29,483 nucleotides of DNA from a virus (lineage: Duplodnaviria; Caudoviricetes), in IMG/VR virus record IMGVR_UViG_3300032237_000496, positions 1 to 29,483 of that record; one strand, written 5' to 3'. Both the position numbers and the translations under genes were made by a program. Of this stretch, positions 25,209 through 29,483 are shown piece by piece (position 1 is the stretch's first letter; every line of letters starts with the position of its first letter). The notes beneath the pieces are model-generated. The model did not search any database and was not told the origin of the DNA. It worked only from the letters and a program-made list of their open reading frames with translations.

Positions 25209-25240
25209 TGGTAGTTAATTGTAAGTGACTGGAGTGTAGT

Positions 25241-25468
25241 ATGACCAAACCATGTACTTGCTGTGGTGTTGAACCAGCGGTTAGGACTGCGTATAAATAT
25301 GCGTGGAAGCAAGGGTTAATCTTGCCTAAGGATGATCCTATGCAAGAGCCATGGAGAAAGTGTAGAGTGGCACTACACCTTACATACAATCTGACCAAAG
25401 ATTTTATGTATGATATTCAAATGGAAGTTCAGAAAGAACTTAAAGCGGAGGGGCGACTGTATGATTGA
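25241..25468 (+). CDS. Hypothetical protein
   Basis: GGAG SD, N-terminal CTCC. Confidence 0.7.
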   Translation: MTKPCTCCGVEPAVRTAYKYAWKQGLILPKDDPMQEPWRKCRVALHLTYNLTKDFMYDIQMEVQKELKAEGRLYD

Positions 25469-25814
25469 GTATGAATTGGAACAAGAGTATTTGTATGACA
25501 ACAATAAGTATATTGTATGTTGTACTATACACTACGATGTAACTGGTCAACACTTGCCAGCTACTCGGAAAGAACCTGAAGAGTTTCCCGATATAAATGT
25601 AATCAAAGTTAATGTAGATGCTATTCTAATACCAACCACTGATACTATGAATAGTAAAACTGTATGCACTGAGCGTAAACTTAGTCAGTTTGATCCACTG
25701 TATAGTAAGATTGAACATGAGTTTATATTGGATGATGAGTGGATGCTACAGGACGAAGTAGAGGATAAACTATATGAGTACTACAAAGAACGCTCTTCGG
25801 ACTGGGATACTTAA
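25461..25814 (+). CDS. Hypothetical acidic protein
   Basis: GGAGG SD before ATG 25461; PAT..EPEE.P motif seen in phage early proteins. Confidence 0.7.
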   Translation: MIEYELEQEYLYDNNKYIVCCTIHYDVTGQHLPATRKEPEEFPDINVIKVNVDAILIPTTDTMNSKTVCTERKLSQFDPLYSKIEHEFILDDEWMLQDEVEDKLYEYYKERSSDWDT

Positions 25815-26001
25815 AGCACTACGGGATGGCCCATGGTCCTCATGGGAACTGGCCGTGATACTAGGTGTACACAATAAACACCTAGTATCTTCTGAGTTAC
25901 TTAAACTAAAACGCAAGGGGTTAGTAACCTTTGCGCTGACTCGTAAAACAGATCCAGCTACAGGTGGATCTTGTATTCAATACGCAAGGAGTAAACGATG
26001 A
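25774..26001 (+). CDS. Winged helix-turn-helix DNA-binding protein
   Basis: ILKALRDGPWSSWELAVILG...VSSELLKLKRKGLV; GAGG SD. Confidence 0.75.
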   Translation: MSTTKNALRTGILKALRDGPWSSWELAVILGVHNKHLVSSELLKLKRKGLVTFALTRKTDPATGGSCIQYARSKR

Positions 26002-26285
26002 GTGATGAGACTAAACCTACAGCTACCCAGTACGGTCATGGTATCCTAATTGGTATCCATGAATGTGACTTACTTGATATCATTGCTGTACTTGACGCTG
26101 GTATTCGTGCAAAGAAAATTAACTTGGCGTATTATCTTGAGCGTGAACAAGTTACGACAGCTGAGTTAATTGATGAGCAAATTAAAACAGCTACTGCGCT
26201 GTACGATGCACTGGAACCTTTGCTACAATCCCCTTCTGAGGAAAAGTCTCAAGAAATTATCCGGCGTATCTTACAAGAAGACTAA
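25998..26285 (+). CDS. Hypothetical protein
   Basis: AAGGAG SD, 4-nt overlap with the upstream gene. Confidence 0.75.
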   Translation: MSDETKPTATQYGHGILIGIHECDLLDIIAVLDAGIRAKKINLAYYLEREQVTTAELIDEQIKTATALYDALEPLLQSPSEEKSQEIIRRILQED

Positions 26286-26286
26286 C

Positions 26287-26577
26287 ATGAAATGCAAAGA
26301 CTTGGTGTTCCGTAGGCTGTATCCAATACCTGAATGGGATGCTCTCATTGCAGAGTACTGGGATACAGGTCACAACGGTTCACCTAGGACAGGTAAGAAG
26401 CGTTGGGAACTAACGCTGAGTAAAGGGCTGTATGCTGTATGCAAACTACCCTACGCTCTGTACTCTATCAACGAAGTGATCATGGAAGCAGAGGCACTAG
26501 GTTGTAATGTCTCTGCTTACAGGCACTTACTTATGGATGAACCTATCTGTAGTTCTTTTACAGACTTGGAAAGTTAG
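26287..26577 (+). CDS. Hypothetical protein (start revised to MKCKDL)
   Basis: ATG one base after the upstream TAA. Confidence 0.65.
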   Translation: MKCKDLVFRRLYPIPEWDALIAEYWDTGHNGSPRTGKKRWELTLSKGLYAVCKLPYALYSINEVIMEAEALGCNVSAYRHLLMDEPICSSFTDLES

Positions 26578-26580
26578 CGT

Positions 26581-26605
26581 GACTTTTGTGTCCTCTCGGT
26601 ATAAT
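26581..26605 (+). promoter_or_regulatory. Putative promoter (GACTTTT-N10-GGTATAAT)
   Basis: Perfect TATAAT, same upstream motif and spacing as the three other intergenic sites. Confidence 0.6.
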
Positions 26606-26740
26606 GAACCCGAGTGGAACGCTAGTGAAGGAGTGTGTGGGAAACACACACGACGACCCAACCTGCTTGCCACGAAGCGGTGGCCCAGTCGGAGCGCAAG
26701 CGAAGACAGAGGGGGCTACCGCTGAGTGGTACTCTTAGAA
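26606..26740 (+). ncRNA. Candidate structured leader RNA or ssDNA signal
   Basis: GC-rich intergenic stretch with hairpins GTGTGTG-GGAAA-CACACAC, GCCAC-GAAGCG-GTGGC and TACCGC-TGA-GTGGTA. Confidence 0.4.
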
Positions 26741-26768
26741 GTGATTACTTGTTTTCTTAGGAGTGACT

Positions 26769-27248
26769 ATGAACAATTCAATCAAGCTGGCTATTGTAAA
26801 TCATTTCAAAGATACAGAGAAACCCTCTGAGGGAGTGTATCCTATACACTACATCCTCAGTGTACTTGATGTCTCTACTAATGAGACATACGACAAAGAG
26901 TTTAAGGGAACTGTAACTCAATCCAAGTCAGAGTCTATTGCTCCTACTGTATCCATCAGCTGGACTACAGTATGCGCTGAGTTACTGCGTAGCTGTGGTG
27001 TAGTAGGTGAAGCTGCTGTGACTAAGCTACGAGATGCAATTACAAAGTCTCTGGATTCATCAGCGGATCTGGATGAAGTACTTCGTCAGTCCGGTAAGTC
27101 TGTTGCTGAGTCAGCGGACAGAATCAAGAAAGATATTATTGCCAAGTTGCCAAAGGTTACCCGAGAGGGTAAGACTAAGATTGCTCAGTCTGAAATCAAG
27201 ATCGGTATGATCGGTATTACTCAGCGTAAGGAGGTAGTCAGTGAGTGA
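26769..27248 (+). CDS. Hypothetical protein
   Basis: AGGAG SD before ATG 26769. Confidence 0.8.
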   Translation: MNNSIKLAIVNHFKDTEKPSEGVYPIHYILSVLDVSTNETYDKEFKGTVTQSKSESIAPTVSISWTTVCAELLRSCGVVGEAAVTKLRDAITKSLDSSADLDEVLRQSGKSVAESADRIKKDIIAKLPKVTREGKTKIAQSEIKIGMIGITQRKEVVSE

Positions 27249-27342
27249 TAAACAATTTCAGGATATGTGTGCAGCGATTATAACTGTGGTTGGAATGCTG
27301 GCTACAGTCTGGATGATCTACAGAAAGGACAGGCAGTCATGA
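27241..27342 (+). CDS. 33-aa single-TM micro-protein MSDKQFQDMCAAIITVVGMLATVWMIYRKDRQS
   Basis: AAGGAGGT SD before GTG 27241; its TGA overlaps the next ATG. Not in the ORF track. Confidence 0.65.
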   Translation: MSDKQFQDMCAAIITVVGMLATVWMIYRKDRQS

Positions 27343-27893
27343 CCCCTAGGTTATCTGATTCTCAAAAGGAATTTCTGAGTCAGAATCATAAGCTAATCTT
27401 TAAAGGTATCAGAAAGATTAGTGAGCGTAGGAATATGAAACTCACTGAGGATGAAGTCAGTGAGTGTGTCGTTAAAGTATTACGACAGTTCCCTTCTCAC
27501 AATCCTGAGCTGAGTAAGGAGTCTACTTACCTGTACAGGAATTGTGACTTCGCTCTGCGTAAGCTTGGGGATGATCGCAGATCTGCAAACAACAAACCAA
27601 AGTGTTTGCAGTGTGATTCAGAATCAGAATATGATTCAGAATACATTGAAGATTATAAGGAACCGTTGAACGAAGACCTCAAAGTAGATTTGGCTGATGC
27701 ACTACTACGGTTACCTACCATGTGGGTGGATGTATTGACTCGGCGTATAATACACGCAGAGACTTACCCATCTATTAGTTCCAGCTATGGTATGAGTAAC
27801 AGTTGGTCCATGGGGATTGTTCGTAGTGCTTTACTCCATCTGAAGATGGATCTATACCACTGGAGAAATGACGATGCAACTAGACCGGAGTAG
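27339..27893 (+). CDS. Divergent sigma-70-family factor-like protein (start revised to MTPRLS)
   Basis: Region-2-like HNPELSKESTY and region-4-like LADALLRLP....VL.....ETY..I....GMS....ALLHLK; co-linear with 28067-28642. Confidence 0.65.
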   Translation: MTPRLSDSQKEFLSQNHKLIFKGIRKISERRNMKLTEDEVSECVVKVLRQFPSHNPELSKESTYLYRNCDFALRKLGDDRRSANNKPKCLQCDSESEYDSEYIEDYKEPLNEDLKVDLADALLRLPTMWVDVLTRRIIHAETYPSISSSYGMSNSWSMGIVRSALLHLKMDLYHWRNDDATRPE

Positions 27894-28089
27894 GTTGGAT
27901 AAGATTCGGAACAAGCTAATGTGGATGAGCAAACACGCTCCATCCAGTTTTTACAATCCTGATATGCAAGACCTACTGTACTTGTTGGAGGTTGTAGATC
28001 AGCTGTGTCCTCCAGATCTTGTATCGGAAGAGGATCTTGAAGATCTACCAGAGGAGCCTGAAGTAGATGAAGAAACAGAAACGGATTAG
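27868..28089 (+). CDS. Hypothetical protein with acidic C-terminal tail
   Basis: GGAG SD, tail EEDLEDLPEEPEVDEETETD. Confidence 0.7.
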   Translation: MTMQLDRSRLDKIRNKLMWMSKHAPSSFYNPDMQDLLYLLEVVDQLCPPDLVSEEDLEDLPEEPEVDEETETD

Positions 28090-28642
28090 CAAAGACAAAC
28101 CTCTTGAGGATTGGCAGAGGGATCTGCTTGCTGAAAACATTGGGTTGTTTTACTCAGCGATGAAACAACACAAGATGGCGCACCATAGTGAAACAGATGT
28201 AGGCAGGGATGTACTAGCCTATGTCACAAGAGCCATGAGGAATTATGATCCCTCTGTAGCTAAACTATCTACATACATATACACCTATGTAGACTTTGGT
28301 TTACGCTCTGCTCGTAGGAAATATAAAGACAGTATGGACCATAGCACCTATGTTCTATCTAGCTTTGGTTCAGAAGAAGATATGGATCTACAGCTAGCAG
28401 ATCCATCCAGCATAACCTCCTTAAACAAAGAGCCTTATTTAATTGAGGAACTTGAGGAGTCTTTAAAACACCTTCCCGTTAATCAGAAACAAGCTCTGAT
28501 GTTATACTACAGAGACGGTCACACCTGTGACAGTGGTGGTAAAGTAATGGGATTGTCCAAGCAACGGTATCAACAGTTGATTACCAATGCGCTGAACAAA
28601 CTGAAACTACTTATGCCTAAACCTAATTGGCAATGGGATTGA
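28067..28642 (+). CDS. Sigma-70-family RNA polymerase sigma factor (regions 2 and 4)
   Basis: LLAENIGL, RAMRNYDPS..KLSTY, LKHLP..QKQALMLYY..G.T......MGLSKQRYQQL...ALNKLK. Confidence 0.85.
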   Translation: MKKQKRISKDKPLEDWQRDLLAENIGLFYSAMKQHKMAHHSETDVGRDVLAYVTRAMRNYDPSVAKLSTYIYTYVDFGLRSARRKYKDSMDHSTYVLSSFGSEEDMDLQLADPSSITSLNKEPYLIEELEESLKHLPVNQKQALMLYYRDGHTCDSGGKVMGLSKQRYQQLITNALNKLKLLMPKPNWQWD

Positions 28643-28652
28643 AAGGAATGCC

Positions 28653-28853
28653 ATGAGCGATTGCTGTTACACAATTGAACATTGTCTATGTGACAGATGT
28701 AAGTTAGATAAGTTGTACTTACTATTGGAGGATCATGAGCGTGCAGACTACTACCGAAGAACCCCAGCAGACATTGCTTTATGGGCTGGTGCAGCCAGCC
28801 TCCGATACACAGCAGTTCATCAACCGAGTGAGGGAACTGGCTGGGATGCCTGA
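28653..28853 (+). CDS. Hypothetical Cys-rich protein
   Basis: AAGGA SD, CC....HCLCDRC. Confidence 0.65.
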   Translation: MSDCCYTIEHCLCDRCKLDKLYLLLEDHERADYYRRTPADIALWAGAASLRYTAVHQPSEGTGWDA

Positions 28854-28950
28854 ACCAGTTCCATTGAAGGAACTATTCAAAGTGATTAAGGATAAGTTTA
28901 GGTACTACAGGAACAGACACAAAGGAGTAGACAGTGTGGACAATGAGTGA
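28846..28950 (+). CDS. Possible small protein MPEPVPLKELFKVIKDKFRYYRNRHKGVDSVDNE
   Basis: GAGG upstream; bridges the gap and overlaps both neighbours. Confidence 0.4.
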   Translation: MPEPVPLKELFKVIKDKFRYYRNRHKGVDSVDNE

Positions 28951-29353
28951 ACCAGTATTGTGTTTTATTAGAGGTAGCATAGCGTACTTCACTACTCAAG
29001 AACTGAGTAAACAAACAGGTGACGACTGGGATGATGCTCCGTATGAGCATAATGCCGGGACACCATACAAACCTTTTCGTTCTGTTCCGGAATGTTGGAA
29101 CGAAGATGGAACACCCAAATGGGAGATAAGTGAAGTCATATTTAAAACTGACTTGGTAACCCCAGAGGAATATTATTACGGTAATTCTTCATACAGCGTT
29201 GAAGATATTAACGCCAAGTATGTACCATGGTTGGCAACGGCAAAGTATTCTAGTGATCCCAAAGTAGTCATACACGCTGGCACAACAATTACGGAATTCA
29301 AAAGGTTAATCCGTAGTGCTGGTGGTAAAATCTATGTGGAGGAAAAGGAATGA
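28934..29353 (+). CDS. Phage hypothetical protein (GDDWDDAPYEHNAG motif)
   Basis: AAGGAG SD before GTG 28934; motif recurs in phage proteins of unknown function. Confidence 0.8.
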   Translation: MWTMSEPVLCFIRGSIAYFTTQELSKQTGDDWDDAPYEHNAGTPYKPFRSVPECWNEDGTPKWEISEVIFKTDLVTPEEYYYGNSSYSVEDINAKYVPWLATAKYSSDPKVVIHAGTTITEFKRLIRSAGGKIYVEEKE

Positions 29354-29483
29354 GCATAAGTAAAACAGAAGCTTTAAAAAGACTTGAAGATATTTTAAAC
29401 TTTTTAAATCATATTCATGATAAAGATTATATTACAATACATAACGAAAGTATGATAATTACTTTTGATTATGCTTTGACTGA
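29350..29483 (+). CDS. 5' part of a hypothetical protein (MSISKTEALKRLEDILNF...), truncated by the window end
   Basis: GGAGG SD, ATGA coupling, open to the end. Confidence 0.65.
   Translation, partial: MSISKTEALKRLEDILNFLNHIHDKDYITIHNESMIITFDYALT

Larger units (their letters stand above)
1..29483. mobile_element. Tailed dsDNA bacteriophage (siphovirus-like) genome segment
   Basis: Syntenic terminase-portal-protease-capsid-neck-tail-tape measure operon, no tail sheath recognised, early-type small ORFs, no host housekeeping genes. Confidence 0.97.

Noticed and set aside
26507-26725. 72-aa ORF across the structured intergenic region
   Set aside because: Overlaps the upstream gene and a promoter motif; better explained as non-coding structure
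1-29483. Stop-codon reassignment, introns or inteins, tRNA genes, diversity-generating retroelement
   Set aside because: Genes tile densely in the standard code using all three stops; terL, portal and capsid are uninterrupted and of normal size; no cloverleaf, reverse transcriptase or TR/VR pair was seen

Overview
About 29.5 kb of a tailed dsDNA bacteriophage genome, siphovirus-like. A Planctomycetota host is my inference from the papain-peptidase cluster and sigma-like genes, not a demonstrated result. Layout: (1) 1-2570 (+): two small virion-type genes, then a secreted protein, a papain-family C1 peptidase and two membrane/holin-like genes, a candidate lysis cassette with no recognisable endolysin. 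(2) 19086->2647 (-): morphogenesis operon with terS, terL, lambda-type portal, prohead protease/scaffold, decoration protein, major capsid, head-tail joining genes, three tail-tube-like paralogs, a tail chaperone with a CCCAAAC -1 frameshift and stimulatory hairpin, tape measure and one further tail gene. (3) 19344-20299 (+): small ORF and a DNA cytosine methyltransferase-like gene with a Cys/His-rich insertion. (4) About 20.35-22.13 kb: a segment bracketed by mirror-image low-complexity signals and holding one AT-rich HTH gene, possibly the terminal repeat / first-injected DNA. (5) 22319-end (+): early-type array of small ORFs, DUF932 and two sigma-70-like genes, punctuated by covarying intergenic hairpins. 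A recurrent promoter-like motif, CTYTT-N10-GRTATVRT, occurs four times in intergenic DNA. No tRNA, rRNA, CRISPR array, integrase or transposase was recognised. All calls come from reading motifs and synteny by eye; no database search was run.
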